Numbered from the stretch's first letter, positions 20,384 through 31,525 are shown. The stretch: DNA of 64,000 nt from an uncultured Candidatus Saccharibacteria bacterium (GCA_964384035.1 CAYLIB010000006.1:13336-77335); one strand, 5' to 3'. Program-made: numbers and translations. The notes: generated by a model from the letters alone, not told the origin.

Positions 20384-21256
20384 TTAGTTCAACAATTTAT
20401 TAATTTTCCGCAAAATCTTATATACATTATACCAAACTGGTCTCAGGACTATATCGTATGCTCCCGGGTATTCAATTTGTCTACCCCCGAAACCCAACTT
20501 AAATCTCACAAAACCCGGTGTCTCGCCACTCGCTGTCTCTATTCCCCAAAAGTCATATTCTCCTGCACCCTCATTTTTAGCTTCCTGTATTGCTGTCCAG
20601 TGCATTAAGTACGGCGCCATTATATTTTTATGCAATTCGCTTGAGCCGCCAAAAAGATATGTTCTCGTACCCTCGTAATCTATAAATAAACCGCAAGAAA
20701 TAAGTCGGTCTTCATAATATGCACCCAGTAAAGAAGCCTTCAGTGCACTATCTGGAAGAGTAGAAAAAAAAATAATTAATTTTTTGTAATAATCCTCACC
20801 GTAATCTTTGTAACCTTGCCGTCCGGCTGTTGCAGCAATAAGCTCACATCCGGCGTTTATGTCTTTCATGCTCTCCACTCTCACACCATGCTTCTGCGCA
20901 ACTCGAATGTTGTACCTAGTTTTATTATGCATCTCAACTAGGAGCTGCGTTTCGCTTTTCCCTAAATCTAAAACGAGCGTCTTCCCTGGTTGCACGTTTC
21001 GTACCTTCCTCGCTCCCTGAGGTATTCCTTTTACATCCATCGGCTCAATTCTAAGAAAAACACATTTCCCCATGTCCTTACTTGGAACTTGTAACTTGCT
21101 AATTTCAACTAGCGCGTTCACGCGCGGTACATACCAGTAATAAAAATCTCTTTTAAGTGAATGTTTTATTGCGACAAAAGGTTCGAAAATTACTTCTCTA
21201 CCTAAACTCTTTTGGAACTCCCCCCACTCCTTAGATTGTAAAAAGCTTTTAAACAT
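20384..21256 (-). CDS. FemABX-family peptidoglycan bridge aminoacyltransferase
   Basis: FLQSKEWGEF, KTRYNIRVA, YLFGGS, YDFWGI, RFKLGFGG; start at ATG 21256. Confidence 0.92.
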   Translation of the reverse strand: MFKSFLQSKEWGEFQKSLGREVIFEPFVAIKHSLKRDFYYWYVPRVNALVEISKLQVPSKDMGKCVFLRIEPMDVKGIPQGARKVRNVQPGKTLVLDLGKSETQLLVEMHNKTRYNIRVAQKHGVRVESMKDINAGCELIAATAGRQGYKDYGEDYYKKLIIFFSTLPDSALKASLLGAYYEDRLISCGLFIDYEGTRTYLFGGSSELHKNIMAPYLMHWTAIQEAKNEGAGEYDFWGIETASGETPGFVRFKLGFGGRQIEYPGAYDIVLRPVWYNVYKILRKINKLLN

Positions 21257-21355
21257 ACAAGTAGAATAACCTAAATTAAAAAACAAACCTACTATCATTA
21301 ATCGCGGCCGCGAGGGAGACTAGTAGGTAATAAAAAACCCCAAGCTAAACTTGGG

Positions 21356-22117
21356 TTAAAAAAGTGCTTGGGATAGAGACAGAATGTCTATTTTCGAAAG
21401 TTTGGGAAATTCTTCAAATAATCTACTCTCCACAAGAGTGTGTAATTCATTCACAAAATTCCTCTCTTTAAGTTTTTCAAAAGCCTCGTCGTCTATACCT
21501 GGATCCTTACTCCTGCTGAGTTTGTAATCATCGCTAAGTTTCAAACCTTCAGGAGTGCTGAATACCTGCAGAGAAAGACTCGCGGCTTCTTTTGTAATAG
21601 CAACACGTTTGTCATTACCCTGCCCTACAAACCTATCAACGGCAATTCCCATGGTTAGCTTGAGTTTCTTGCTTGTCGAGAAGCCGGTGATCTCTCCAAT
21701 TTTGCCCTTTTTAATCCAAGCCCCAAGTCTGTTAGCTGTAAGCACGGTGTCGTCTCTAAGACCAATCCAAAGTTGGGAAAACCTGGATTCTGGAATGAGT
21801 CTTGAATCCTTAAAGCCCCCTGACTCTATAAGCTCACCATATATTGGGCTGTTCTTATAAGTCTCGTAACCTGAGGGGGTTATTCTAGCCGAGCGGTTAT
21901 GTAAGTGCTGGTGGGTCGCTTGTATACTCCATTTTCTTTCTTGGTTTTGTGTTAGAACAGATCTTTCAAACACCAACCAGTCATTATAGTCACTGTCTAA
22001 CAGGCATCTAAAAGTAAAAAGTGGTCCGACATGATTATTCTGGGGAAAGTAATTCACGCCCCGAGTCATAGCCGAGAACCATTCGTCCTTCGCGTATTCA
22101 ATTCTAATAGGCTTCAT
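21356..22117 (-). CDS. Hypothetical protein
   Basis: 253 aa, GGAGGGGAG RBS, terminator cccaag/cttggg-T6 after stop. Confidence 0.7.
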   Translation of the reverse strand: MKPIRIEYAKDEWFSAMTRGVNYFPQNNHVGPLFTFRCLLDSDYNDWLVFERSVLTQNQERKWSIQATHQHLHNRSARITPSGYETYKNSPIYGELIESGGFKDSRLIPESRFSQLWIGLRDDTVLTANRLGAWIKKGKIGEITGFSTSKKLKLTMGIAVDRFVGQGNDKRVAITKEAASLSLQVFSTPEGLKLSDDYKLSRSKDPGIDDEAFEKLKERNFVNELHTLVESRLFEEFPKLSKIDILSLSQALF

Positions 22118-22155
22118 CTCCCCTCCGAATATTTACAAAAAAGTGAAATAACTAC

Positions 22156-22317
22156 GCATTGCAGATCTTGTTTCAGTTTGTGCGATTTTTTATATTTTTT
22201 CTGGAGGATCTCTTGAAGGAATCAGGCTTTGCCTGTTCCTGCTCAAGGCGTCCGTGACGGGACGATGTAAGAAAAAAATATAAAAAATCGTGCAAAATGG
22301 AGCAAAATATGCGATGC
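22156..22317 (+). repeat. Long imperfect inverted-repeat element with branched apex (candidate ncRNA or MITE-like element)
   Basis: About 47-position closing stem with five G-U pairs on the + strand, plus two internal hairpins. Confidence 0.6.
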
Positions 22318-22342
22318 CATTCATCATTGTGAACGAAGAGTA

Positions 22343-22900
22343 CTACTTTTTCCTCAGGTATTGAAGAGCATGTTTTATCTGCTCCTTGGTTGAGAGTCCA
22401 GGTGGAATATCTGATGATGCTTGAGTAGCTTCCCTGGTGTTATACCCGAGTGCAATAAGAGCATCGAAAACCTCGCTGGTTGAGCGAGTAGAATTTGCGT
22501 TTAATATTCCTACTTTATTTTTTAGTTCTAAGATTATTCTTTCAGCCGTCTTTTTGCCTACACCGGACATACGAGTAAACATCGCACTATCCTGACCGGC
22601 GATTGCGGATTCAAGTGTTGGTACAGTAGCTGCGCTCATTATCGCCAATGCAGACTTTGGTCCGACTCCGCTTACAGTAAGTAAGAGTTCGAAAAACTGC
22701 AAACTCGCAAAAGAGGGGAGTCCGTATAGGCTTTGGCCGTCATCGCTAACTTTCATATAAGTATAAAATTCAATCTCATCACCAATCCTTTTTTCCATCA
22801 TCTCTGGTGTTGTAAAAACTTTATAACCAATACCAAAATTTTCTACTATCAAGTACCCTAGAGTTTTTTCAAGCACTCTACCTTTTAAATAGCTAATCAT
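22343..22900 (-). CDS. ruvA: Holliday junction branch migration protein RuvA
   Basis: MISYLKG, GIGYKV, VSGVGPKSA, GVGKKTAERIILELK, ALIALGY. Confidence 0.96.
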   Translation of the reverse strand: MISYLKGRVLEKTLGYLIVENFGIGYKVFTTPEMMEKRIGDEIEFYTYMKVSDDGQSLYGLPSFASLQFFELLLTVSGVGPKSALAIMSAATVPTLESAIAGQDSAMFTRMSGVGKKTAERIILELKNKVGILNANSTRSTSEVFDALIALGYNTREATQASSDIPPGLSTKEQIKHALQYLRKK

Positions 22901-22944
22901 AAAATTAGTATACGAGTAACGCGAAAAATAAAAAACCCTCACAG

Positions 22945-23445
22945 TTAGTTAGATCTGTGGGGTTTAATGATCGTCATTCTAAAGCCAAATTTCACACCTT
23001 CTTCTCTTCGGAATGGGGTATTTGATCTTTCTCTAAGTCTGAACGTAGGACTGAGGTACATGTTAAAGCCTCTCATCCAATCAGGATGGCCGAGTAGGTT
23101 TTTCATGTTGAAATTTAGTTTTGTCTTGGGCCGGTCATAAGCATGAACCAATTCCGAAGGGTCGTTCGTTATAACATACGGATGAGCAACCGATACCGAG
23201 AAGAACCGGCCAAAATCATGATGCTCTTCCGGGTAGTAATTAAACGGCAAAATTTTCTGCTGAAACAGGTTTATTTGGAAAAACGGGTTCCCAGAGGTTT
23301 TGGGCAAGGTGAATGTCTTCAAGCCATATTTTTCGGCAAGATTAATATTCTCCTGCGGCGTTTTGGTGGGTGTCGTTGCTTCAGTCTGCGCTAGGGTAGG
23401 AAAGCCAAACAACAGCATCCCCAACGTAAAAATTAGTTTTTTCAT
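22945..23445 (-). CDS. Hypothetical exported protein
   Basis: AGGAGG RBS; MKKLIF...TLA signal peptide. Confidence 0.7.
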   Translation of the reverse strand: MKKLIFTLGMLLFGFPTLAQTEATTPTKTPQENINLAEKYGLKTFTLPKTSGNPFFQINLFQQKILPFNYYPEEHHDFGRFFSVSVAHPYVITNDPSELVHAYDRPKTKLNFNMKNLLGHPDWMRGFNMYLSPTFRLRERSNTPFRREEGVKFGFRMTIIKPHRSN

Positions 23446-23529
23446 CCGCAATCCTCCTATTTTGTATTCGGGCACTTGAGTCCTTTATATCTTATACCTA
23501 AAAAATAAGCAAAATCTAGTCAAAAATAC

Positions 23530-23558
23530 TTGACAAACAGGACTTGACAGGATATACT
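23530..23558 (+). promoter_or_regulatory. sigma70-type promoter of rpoBC
   Basis: TTGACA-17nt-TATACT. Confidence 0.75.
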
Positions 23559-23794
23559 CTCAATTAGCAAAATAAATAGTTTCTCCGAATAGATTTTATT
23601 GGCCTTTTTCTTTTGTGCAAAACTCAAGGAAAAGGCCCATTTCCGTCTATAGAAGCCCTATTTATCAACTACTAGCTACCCGACGCGCACGACTTTTGTC
23701 CCCCCATCCCACAATGCTAGGTTTAAATCAAGTTAAACCAACCATTAATTTAGTCCTCTAAAGCTAAATGCTGTAAAGGACAGGGAAAAGGCAA

Positions 23795-26700
23795 ATGTCT
23801 AAGGCTATCAAGGGTCTCGAGCTGGTCCAAGGGTCTTCGCGTAATCCACGCAAGTTCTACACCAGACTCCATGAAGTGGCAGAAATGCCCAACCTTATAG
23901 AAGTTCAACTCAACTCCTATAAGTGGTTTTTCGAAAAAGGTCTAAAAGAGTTACTAGAAGAAATAAACCCAATCAAGGACTTCACTGGAAAAAGTCTTGA
24001 GCTTTTTTTTGGTGATTATTTCTTCGATAAACCAAAGTACGATGAGGTTACGGCGAGAGATCGTAATACAACTTACGAAGCTCCTCTATATGTATCAGCG
24101 AAATTAGTTAACAAGGTAACTGGTAAAACCAAAACCCAAGACGTATATTTCGGTGATTTCCCTCTCATGACTCCAAGAGGTACTTTTGTAATCAATGGAG
24201 TAGAACGTGTTGTTGTTAATCAACTCATTAAGTCACCAGGTGTATTTTTCTCCTCAGAGCCAGCGAGGGGTAAAAACTGGTATGGTGCAAAAATTATTCC
24301 AAACCGCGGAGCTTGGTTAGAAATAGACACCGACAACGCCGGAGTAATTGGAGTAAAGATTGACCGCAAACGACGTATCCCAGTAACAGCGCTCTTACGT
24401 GTTTTTGGTTTATCAGAAAATGCCGAAATAATTGAGGCATTCAAAGATGTCGACACAGACCCCGACACAAAATATATCTTAGCTACATTAGACAAAGACG
24501 CTTCTCATAACGCCGACGAAGGTTTCAAAGAAGTTTACAAAAGAATTCGTCCTGGTGACCTTGCGACAGTAGATAACGCTCGCTCACTTATCACAGCGAT
24601 GTTCTTTAATTTCGAGAGATATGACCTTAGCGAAGTGGGTCGTTATAAATTCAACCAGCGCTTAGATATAGACCAAGAAAATGAGTCCCGCCTTCTTTCC
24701 AAAGAGGATTTAGTAGCGGTTATTAAAGAAGTTATTCGTTTAAATAATACCCAGTCCGGAGCAGATGATATTGACCACTTAGCAAACCGACGCGTGCGCG
24801 CAGTAGGGGAGCTTATTCAATCTCGTTACCGTGTTGGACTTGCTCGTATGGTTCGTATTGCAAAAGACCGTATGTCTCTTGCCGATCTCGAAACCGTAAC
24901 ACCTGCTCAACTTATTCACGTTCGACCTATAGTAGCTGCTATGCAAGAATTTTTCTCTTCTTCACAGCTTTCACAGTTCATGGACCAAACCAATCCTTTA
25001 GCTGAGCTTGAGCACAAGAGAAGATTATCTGCTATGGGTCCTGGTGGTCTTTCCCGTGAACGTGCAGGTTTTGAAGTACGTGACGTACACCGATCTCACT
25101 ACGGTCGTCTTTGTCCTATTACTACGCCTGAAGGTCCAAACATCGGTCTTGTTGCTCACTTGGCAACTTATGCTCGTGTAAACGATTACGGTTTTATCGA
25201 AACTCCATACAGGCTTACTAAAAAATTCGTTAAAAATGACGGAAAAGCCGCTATCGGTGAAGTTTCAGTCTTTACCCTAAAAGACAACAATGACGAAGTT
25301 ATTGTAGAAGCAGGTGACGAAATCTCTGAAGGTGCAGCAAAACGTCTTGCCAGCGTGGAAGGTATTTCCCAAATTAGAATTCGACCGGAAGTTATGGATA
25401 AAGTCGAATACCTCGATGCATTCGAAGAAGAAAGACTAACCATCGCTCAAGCAAATATAGAAATAGACGATAACGGGCACTTTATAGAGAAACGCGCGAG
25501 CGTCCGTGTCCATGGGACTCCTACTCTTGCTGATACAGATGAAATCGATGCTGTCGATGTATCTCCAAAGCAAATTATTTCTGTAACTACATCTTTAATT
25601 CCTTTCCTAGAACATGACGATGCGAACCGTGCTCTCATGGGTTCTAACATGCAACGTCAGGCTGTTTCTTGTATCAAGCCTGAAGCTCCTATTGTAGGAA
25701 CAGGTATGGAAGCTAAGGCAGCTCGCGATTCTGGTCAAATGATAATCTCAGTTGAAGACGGAGAAGTTTCCGCTGTCTCCGGTGATCTCATTGTAGTTAC
25801 CAACGATGCAGGTAAAAAGAGAGAGTATAAACTCAACAAGTTTATTCGTACCAACAGTGGTACCTGTATAAACCAAATTGTTCGCGTAACCAAAGGTCAG
25901 AAGGTTAGAGCCGGAGATATGCTTGCCGATGGCGCTAGTATGGAACAAGGCGAACTAGCTCTCGGACAAAATGTGCTTGTGGCTTTCATGTCATGGGAAG
26001 GTGGTAACTACGAAGATGCTATCCTTATTTCAAAACGACTTATTGAAGACGATCGTTATTCCTCTATTCATATTGAAGACTTTAAAATAGATGTCCGTGA
26101 TACCAAATTGGGTCCTGAAGTTGTAACAAGAGACATACCAAACGTAGGTGAAGAAAAACTTAAAGACTTAGACGAATCCGGTGTTATTAGAATCGGGGCA
26201 TCTGTAAAAGCAGGGGATATACTTGTTGGTAAAATTACTCCAAAAGGAGAAACCGACTTAACTCCGGAAGAAAAACTTCTTCGTGTAATCTTCGGTGAAA
26301 AATCCCGCGACGTTAAAGACACCTCACTTACTCTTCCACATGGTGAATACGGTAAGGTTGTAAACATTCGTGAGTTCAGAAGAGAAGCAGGCGACAAACT
26401 CCCAAGTGGCGTTATTCGCTCTATACAAGTCTCAGTAGCAGTTCTAAGAAAAGTCCAAGTTGGTGACAAAATGGCAGGAAGACACGGAAACAAGGGTGTT
26501 ATTTCCAGAATCGTTGCTGTAGAAGATATGCCTTTCCTGGCCGACGGTACTCCAGTTGATATTATTTTGAACCCTCTCGGTGTTGTGAGTCGTATGAACC
26601 TCGGTCAAATCTTGGAAACCCACATTGGTATGGCAGCAAGAAAACTTGGTATCAAAGTCGCTACTCCAGTTCTAGATGGTATCCCAGAATCTAAAATTAA

Positions 26701-27271
26701 AGAGTTATTAGGTGACGCCGAGATTCATTCATCTGGTAAATCTAGACTCTACGACGGTAAAACAGGTGAAATGTTCGACGAACCTGTAACAGTTGGTGTT
26801 GCCTATATTATGAAACTTCACCACTTAGTAGACGACAAGATGCACGCACGTTCTACCGGACCATACTCGCTTATTACTCAGCAGCCTCTCGGTGGTAAAG
26901 CTCAATTCGGTGGTCAAAGATTTGGAGAAATGGAAGTTTGGGCACTTGAAGGTTATGGTGCAGCGCACACACTACAAGAAATGCTCACCATAAAGTCCGA
27001 CGACGTTATAGGTAGAAGCAAGACTTACGAAGCTATCGTTAAAGGTGAAACTATAATGAAGCCGAATATTCCAGAATCCTTCCGCGTGCTCATTAAAGAA
27101 CTTCAGAGTCTTATGCTCGATGTAGAACTCATCGGTGAAGACGGTAAGATCATCGCAATGACCGAAGAAGAAGCGGCGGCTCAGACTCCAGTCCCACCAC
27201 CCCCAGTACTCTTTGAGGACGAACCAACCCCTGCGGATAAAAAACGCAAAAAAGATAAGAAGTCTAAATAA
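23795..27271 (+). CDS. rpoB: RNA polymerase beta subunit
   Basis: [47 protein letters not shown]. Confidence 0.99.
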   Translation: MSKAIKGLELVQGSSRNPRKFYTRLHEVAEMPNLIEVQLNSYKWFFEKGLKELLEEINPIKDFTGKSLELFFGDYFFDKPKYDEVTARDRNTTYEAPLYVSAKLVNKVTGKTKTQDVYFGDFPLMTPRGTFVINGVERVVVNQLIKSPGVFFSSEPARGKNWYGAKIIPNRGAWLEIDTDNAGVIGVKIDRKRRIPVTALLRVFGLSENAEIIEAFKDVDTDPDTKYILATLDKDASHNADEGFKEVYKRIRPGDLATVDNARSLITAMFFNFERYDLSEVGRYKFNQRLDIDQENESRLLSKEDLVAVIKEVIRLNNTQSGADDIDHLANRRVRAVGELIQSRYRVGLARMVRIAKDRMSLADLETVTPAQLIHVRPIVAAMQEFFSSSQLSQFMDQTNPLAELEHKRRLSAMGPGGLSRERAGFEVRDVHRSHYGRLCPITTPEGPNIGLVAHLATYARVNDYGFIETPYRLTKKFVKNDGKAAIGEVSVFTLKDNNDEVIVEAGDEISEGAAKRLASVEGISQIRIRPEVMDKVEYLDAFEEERLTIAQANIEIDDNGHFIEKRASVRVHGTPTLADTDEIDAVDVSPKQIISVTTSLIPFLEHDDANRALMGSNMQRQAVSCIKPEAPIVGTGMEAKAARDSGQMIISVEDGEVSAVSGDLIVVTNDAGKKREYKLNKFIRTNSGTCINQIVRVTKGQKVRAGDMLADGASMEQGELALGQNVLVAFMSWEGGNYEDAILISKRLIEDDRYSSIHIEDFKIDVRDTKLGPEVVTRDIPNVGEEKLKDLDESGVIRIGASVKAGDILVGKITPKGETDLTPEEKLLRVIFGEKSRDVKDTSLTLPHGEYGKVVNIREFRREAGDKLPSGVIRSIQVSVAVLRKVQVGDKMAGRHGNKGVISRIVAVEDMPFLADGTPVDIILNPLGVVSRMNLGQILETHIGMAARKLGIKVATPVLDGIPESKIKELLGDAEIHSSGKSRLYDGKTGEMFDEPVTVGVAYIMKLHHLVDDKMHARSTGPYSLITQQPLGGKAQFGGQRFGEMEVWALEGYGAAHTLQEMLTIKSDDVIGRSKTYEAIVKGETIMKPNIPESFRVLIKELQSLMLDVELIGEDGKIIAMTEEEAAAQTPVPPPPVLFEDEPTPADKKRKKDKKSK

Positions 27272-27316
27272 CTAATAAAGGTCGAGAAAACTAGTAATAC
27301 TTAATTCAAAAGGAGA

Positions 27317-27479
27317 GGATTTCAGATTTGTCCGAGTTCTAGGAGCAGTCGAGTACTGAGCGCAAGCGTAGTCAATCTACGGTTGAGCGAAGCACGGAGA
27401 CTGCGACAACGAAGTCGGACAAAAGCCTCCCTGGAAGTTCGAGCTTCGCTTGAGCTGCCAGGGAGGCGGTCTGGAATCC
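27317..27479 (+). repeat. Multi-branched structured element in rpoB-rpoC spacer
   Basis: Nested stems ggatttcagat/gtctggaatcc, ttgtccga/tcggacaa, gcagtc/gactgc, gcctccctgg/ccagggaggc. Confidence 0.65.
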
Positions 27480-27491
27480 GTAACGTAATTT

Positions 27492-30400
27492 ATGTTAACT
27501 CAAACTGAAGAATTCAAAGGTGTAAAAATAAAACTCGCTGGACCAAGCCAAGTGCTTGCTTGGTCTCACGGAGAAGTCACCAAGCCGGAAACAATTAACT
27601 ACCGTACCCAACGTCCAGAAAAAGATGGTCTGTTCGACGAAAAAATATTCGGTCCTATAAAAGATTGGGAATGTTATTGTGGTAAATACAAGCGTATTCG
27701 CTACAAGGGTGTTGTCTGCGATAAGTGTGGTGTAGAAGTAACCAAGTCTTCTGTCCGTCGAGAGCGTATGGGTCACATTAAGCTTGCTGTGCCAGTCGCC
27801 CATATCTGGTTTCTTCGCGGTGTTCCTTCAAGACTTGGTCTAATCTTAGATCTTGGCGTGCAAGAGCTAGAGAAGGTAGTCTACTTCGCTTCCTATATTA
27901 TTACTGCTGTAAATGAAGAATCTAGAATAGCTACTCTTGATCAAATAGAACAAGAATTTAAGTCAAAGAAAAAAGAAATCGAAGTTCGTTATGAGTCCCT
28001 TATCGGCAAAACCAGAAGTTCCATGCAGGATCCTACTGGTAAAAAAGATAAGGATCTAGTCGCAGCAGAAATCGACACCGAAATAACCAGACTCAAAGAT
28101 CTCTGGCAGAAGGAAGTCGACGCGTTAGAAAGTATTCGCGATCAAGCAAGAAGCGAACTTAAATCTATCAAGAAATATCAAGTTATCTCTGAGCTTTCCT
28201 ATAGAGATTTATCTCTTAAGTATGGTCCTGTGTTTAAAGCAGGTATCGGTGCAGAAGCTCTAAAAGGTTTATTGGAAGAAATTAATCTTGAAGAACTCGC
28301 AGTAGAGCTCGAAGCTCAATTTAAAAACCTCGAAGGTCAAGCAGCTAAAAAGGCCCTACGTCGCCTTAAGCTCGTAAAGTCTTTTATTCACTCAGGTATC
28401 AGACCAGAGTGGATGCTTATGTATAATCTTCCAGTTATCCCACCAGACCTCAGGCCAATGGTTCAGTTGGACGGTGGACGTTTCGCAGCTTCCGACCTTA
28501 ACGATTTGTACCGAAGAGTAATAAATAGAAACAATCGTTTAAAGAAGCTTCTCGAGATCAACTCTCCTGAGGTTATTACCAGAAACGAGAAGCGTATGCT
28601 TCAAGAAGCTGTCGATGCACTTATCGATAACTCTATCCGTCATGGAAAAGAAGTTACGGCTTCTACTGGTCAGAAGAGAAAACTTAGATCTTTGGCAGAT
28701 ATGCTTAAGGGTAAGCAGGGTCGTTTCCGTCAGAACTTACTTGGTAAGCGTGTCGACTACTCAGGTCGTTCGGTTATTGTGGTGGGTCCTGAACTCAAAC
28801 TTCACCAGTGTGGTCTTCCAAAGAAAATGGCTCTCGAACTCTTTAAGCCATTCGTAATTTCCAAACTTATTGCCCGTGAGTACGCTCACAATGTTCGTAG
28901 TGCTAATCGTCTTATAGAGCAGGGGAGAAATGAAGTTTACGATATTCTAGAAGAGGTAACGAAAGATCACTATGTATTACTTAACCGTGCTCCTACCCTT
29001 CACAGACTTGGTTTCCAGGCATTCCAACCAGTTCTCATAGAAGGTAAAGCTATTCAGCTTCATCCAATGGTTTGTGCGGCTTTCAATGCTGACTTCGACG
29101 GTGACCAAATGGCTGTGCACGTTCCACTTACCGACCTTGCACAAAAGGAAGCAAAAGAAATTATGGTTTCCGCTCATAACTTGCTAAAACCAGCATCTGG
29201 GGACCCAGTTATGACACCAGATAAAGACGTGGTCGTGGGCTGTAACTATATTACGACCATGCGAGAAGGTCTTAAGGGTGAAGGAAAAGTATTCTCAGAC
29301 ACACAGGAGGCAGTTCTTGCATACAATAATGGATTTATCAATATACAAGCTCGCATTAAAGTAAGAAACGAAGCTGGTGAGATTATAGAAACCTGTGTTG
29401 GTCGTCTTATTTTCAACAAGATCATTCCATCCGAAATGGGTTTCAGAAATGAGAGATTCGATAAGAAGAAGCTTCAAGCTTTAGTTCGCGAAGCATATCG
29501 TCTCTATGGTTCTACTGTTACCGCTAATCTCATCGACGAGATAAAGCGAACAGGTTTTACCTACATAAAGAAATCCGGTATCTCATGGGGTATGGACGAC
29601 CTTCGTGTGCCTGATGCTAAATATGATTTACTTGAGAAAGCAGATGTAGAAGTAGAGCAAACCTACGATCAATTCAGAGAAGGTCTTCTCACGGAGGAAG
29701 AACGCGTAGGAAGAATTATCAAAATCTGGGCAAATACCAGTGAAAAAATCGCGAAAGACGTTGAAGGTACTGTAGAAGAACACTCTTCTGTGAATTATAT
29801 CTTCATGTCTGGTGCCCGTGGCTCACTTTCTCAAATAACACAGATGTCTGGTATGAAAGGTTTGGTTGTTAACCCATCGGGTGCTGTTATTGAGCTTCCT
29901 TGTCGTGGCTCCTTTAAAGAAGGACTTGGTATTCTTGAATACTTCATCTCTACTCACGGTTCACGTAAAGGTATGTCTGACACCGCTCTTAAGACAGCTG
30001 ACGCGGGTTACCTCACAAGGCGTTTAGTAGACGTTGCACAAGATATAGTTATAAACGCAGAAGATTGTGGAACCGACGATTACGATGTAGTGACGTTGGC
30101 AGATTCAGAAAAAATGAACAAAGCATTCGACAGACGTTTGTTCGGTCGTGTTGCCGCTGAAACAGTCAAAGACAAAGATGGTAATGTAATAGTAGAACGA
30201 AATCAAGGTATAGATGACGAGCAAGCAAAGATGATTGCCGATAGTGGTATAGAGGCTATGAAGTGCCGAAGCGTTCTAAAGTGTCGCCTTACCCGTGGTA
30301 TTTGTATGCTCTGTTATGGTTACGACCTTGGTTTCAATAAAATGGTAGAACTTGGTTCCGCTGTCGGTATCGTAGCTGCACAGGCTATCGGTGAACCTGG

Positions 30401-31448
30401 TACTCAGCTTACAATGCGTACCTTCCACACTGGTGGATCCGCTTCTGTAAAAGATATTACCCAAGGTCTTCCTCGTGTCGAAGAGCTCTTCGAAGTTAGA
30501 GAACCAAAGGGTCAAGCTACTTTAGCAGAAATAGACGGTGTAGCCTACATTACCAAGCCAAACAACAAGGAATATATCATCCGCATCGAAGGTGCTACCG
30601 CCGAAAAAGATGTTTATCATATTACTGGTGGGGTACACTCCGCCATTAAAGACGGTGAGCACATTGCTGTTGGTGAAACTCTCTTCATTAGCGGTGAAGG
30701 TAAGCAGGTTAAAGCAGAAAACGCAGGTATAGCTAAGGTAGAGAAAGACAAAATCTCTGTTATCCACGAAGGTGACTCTGTCTGTGAATATGTAGTCCCA
30801 GCAGCCTTTACTCTTCAAGTAAAAGAAGGCGACCTCGTTACCAAAGGTCAAAGACTCACCGAAGGTAACTTGAACCCAGTTCAAATTATGGCTCTTCAAG
30901 GAACTGAAGCTGGTCAAAAGTATATCGTTGAAGAAGTACAAGATATCTACGCTTCCCAAGGTCAAAACATCCACGATAAACACATAGAGGTTATCGTAAG
31001 ACAAATGTTTAGCAAGATGCGTGTTACAGAGTCCGGAGACAGCAACTTGATTGTCGGAGATATGGTAGACAAATCTCGCTTAAGAGACGTGAACGACAAG
31101 CTTGTAGCTAAGGGTCTAAGACCAGCAGATGCTGAACAGCTCCTCATGGGTATTACTAAGATCTCCCTCAATACTGACTCCTTCCTAGCCGCTGCTTCCT
31201 TCCAAGAAACCACCCGTGTTCTTATCGAAGCCGCAGTCACAGGAAAGACTGACTTCTTAAAGGGTCTTAAGGAAAACGTTATCATTGGTAAACTTATCCC
31301 AGCCGGTACCGGTTTCAAGCACCGCCAAATTTATTCCATTAACGAAGACTTAGAGAACATTGTAAGTATCGTTGGTGAAGAAGGTGGTGACCCAGTCCCA
31401 GTCTCCGCTCCAGTTTCCGACTCCGAAGAATCCTCCGAGAACGAATAG
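27492..31448 (+). CDS. rpoC: RNA polymerase beta' subunit
   Basis: CYCGKYKRIR zinc finger, NADFDGD catalytic motif, GEPGTQLTMRTFH. Confidence 0.99.
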   Translation: MLTQTEEFKGVKIKLAGPSQVLAWSHGEVTKPETINYRTQRPEKDGLFDEKIFGPIKDWECYCGKYKRIRYKGVVCDKCGVEVTKSSVRRERMGHIKLAVPVAHIWFLRGVPSRLGLILDLGVQELEKVVYFASYIITAVNEESRIATLDQIEQEFKSKKKEIEVRYESLIGKTRSSMQDPTGKKDKDLVAAEIDTEITRLKDLWQKEVDALESIRDQARSELKSIKKYQVISELSYRDLSLKYGPVFKAGIGAEALKGLLEEINLEELAVELEAQFKNLEGQAAKKALRRLKLVKSFIHSGIRPEWMLMYNLPVIPPDLRPMVQLDGGRFAASDLNDLYRRVINRNNRLKKLLEINSPEVITRNEKRMLQEAVDALIDNSIRHGKEVTASTGQKRKLRSLADMLKGKQGRFRQNLLGKRVDYSGRSVIVVGPELKLHQCGLPKKMALELFKPFVISKLIAREYAHNVRSANRLIEQGRNEVYDILEEVTKDHYVLLNRAPTLHRLGFQAFQPVLIEGKAIQLHPMVCAAFNADFDGDQMAVHVPLTDLAQKEAKEIMVSAHNLLKPASGDPVMTPDKDVVVGCNYITTMREGLKGEGKVFSDTQEAVLAYNNGFINIQARIKVRNEAGEIIETCVGRLIFNKIIPSEMGFRNERFDKKKLQALVREAYRLYGSTVTANLIDEIKRTGFTYIKKSGISWGMDDLRVPDAKYDLLEKADVEVEQTYDQFREGLLTEEERVGRIIKIWANTSEKIAKDVEGTVEEHSSVNYIFMSGARGSLSQITQMSGMKGLVVNPSGAVIELPCRGSFKEGLGILEYFISTHGSRKGMSDTALKTADAGYLTRRLVDVAQDIVINAEDCGTDDYDVVTLADSEKMNKAFDRRLFGRVAAETVKDKDGNVIVERNQGIDDEQAKMIADSGIEAMKCRSVLKCRLTRGICMLCYGYDLGFNKMVELGSAVGIVAAQAIGEPGTQLTMRTFHTGGSASVKDITQGLPRVEELFEVREPKGQATLAEIDGVAYITKPNNKEYIIRIEGATAEKDVYHITGGVHSAIKDGEHIAVGETLFISGEGKQVKAENAGIAKVEKDKISVIHEGDSVCEYVVPAAFTLQVKEGDLVTKGQRLTEGNLNPVQIMALQGTEAGQKYIVEEVQDIYASQGQNIHDKHIEVIVRQMFSKMRVTESGDSNLIVGDMVDKSRLRDVNDKLVAKGLRPADAEQLLMGITKISLNTDSFLAAASFQETTRVLIEAAVTGKTDFLKGLKENVIIGKLIPAGTGFKHRQIYSINEDLENIVSIVGEEGGDPVPVSAPVSDSEESSENE

Positions 31449-31458
31449 TAGTGTCAAT

Positions 31459-31487
31459 AAAAAACTCCCCATATTGGGGAGTTTTTT
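31459..31487. terminator. Intrinsic terminator of rpoBC
   Basis: aaaaaactcccc-atatt-ggggagtttttt. Confidence 0.85.
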
Positions 31488-31525
31488 GATTAAAAAATCC
31501 CCGAAAGAATGAATCTTTCGGGTTT

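Noticed and set aside
22156-22317. Integron attC site
   Set aside because: No RYYYAAC/GTTRRRY ends and no integrase in the window
24950-25050. Rifampicin-resistance substitutions in RpoB
   Set aside because: Cluster I reads [24 protein letters not shown] with the usual Q, D, H and S residues
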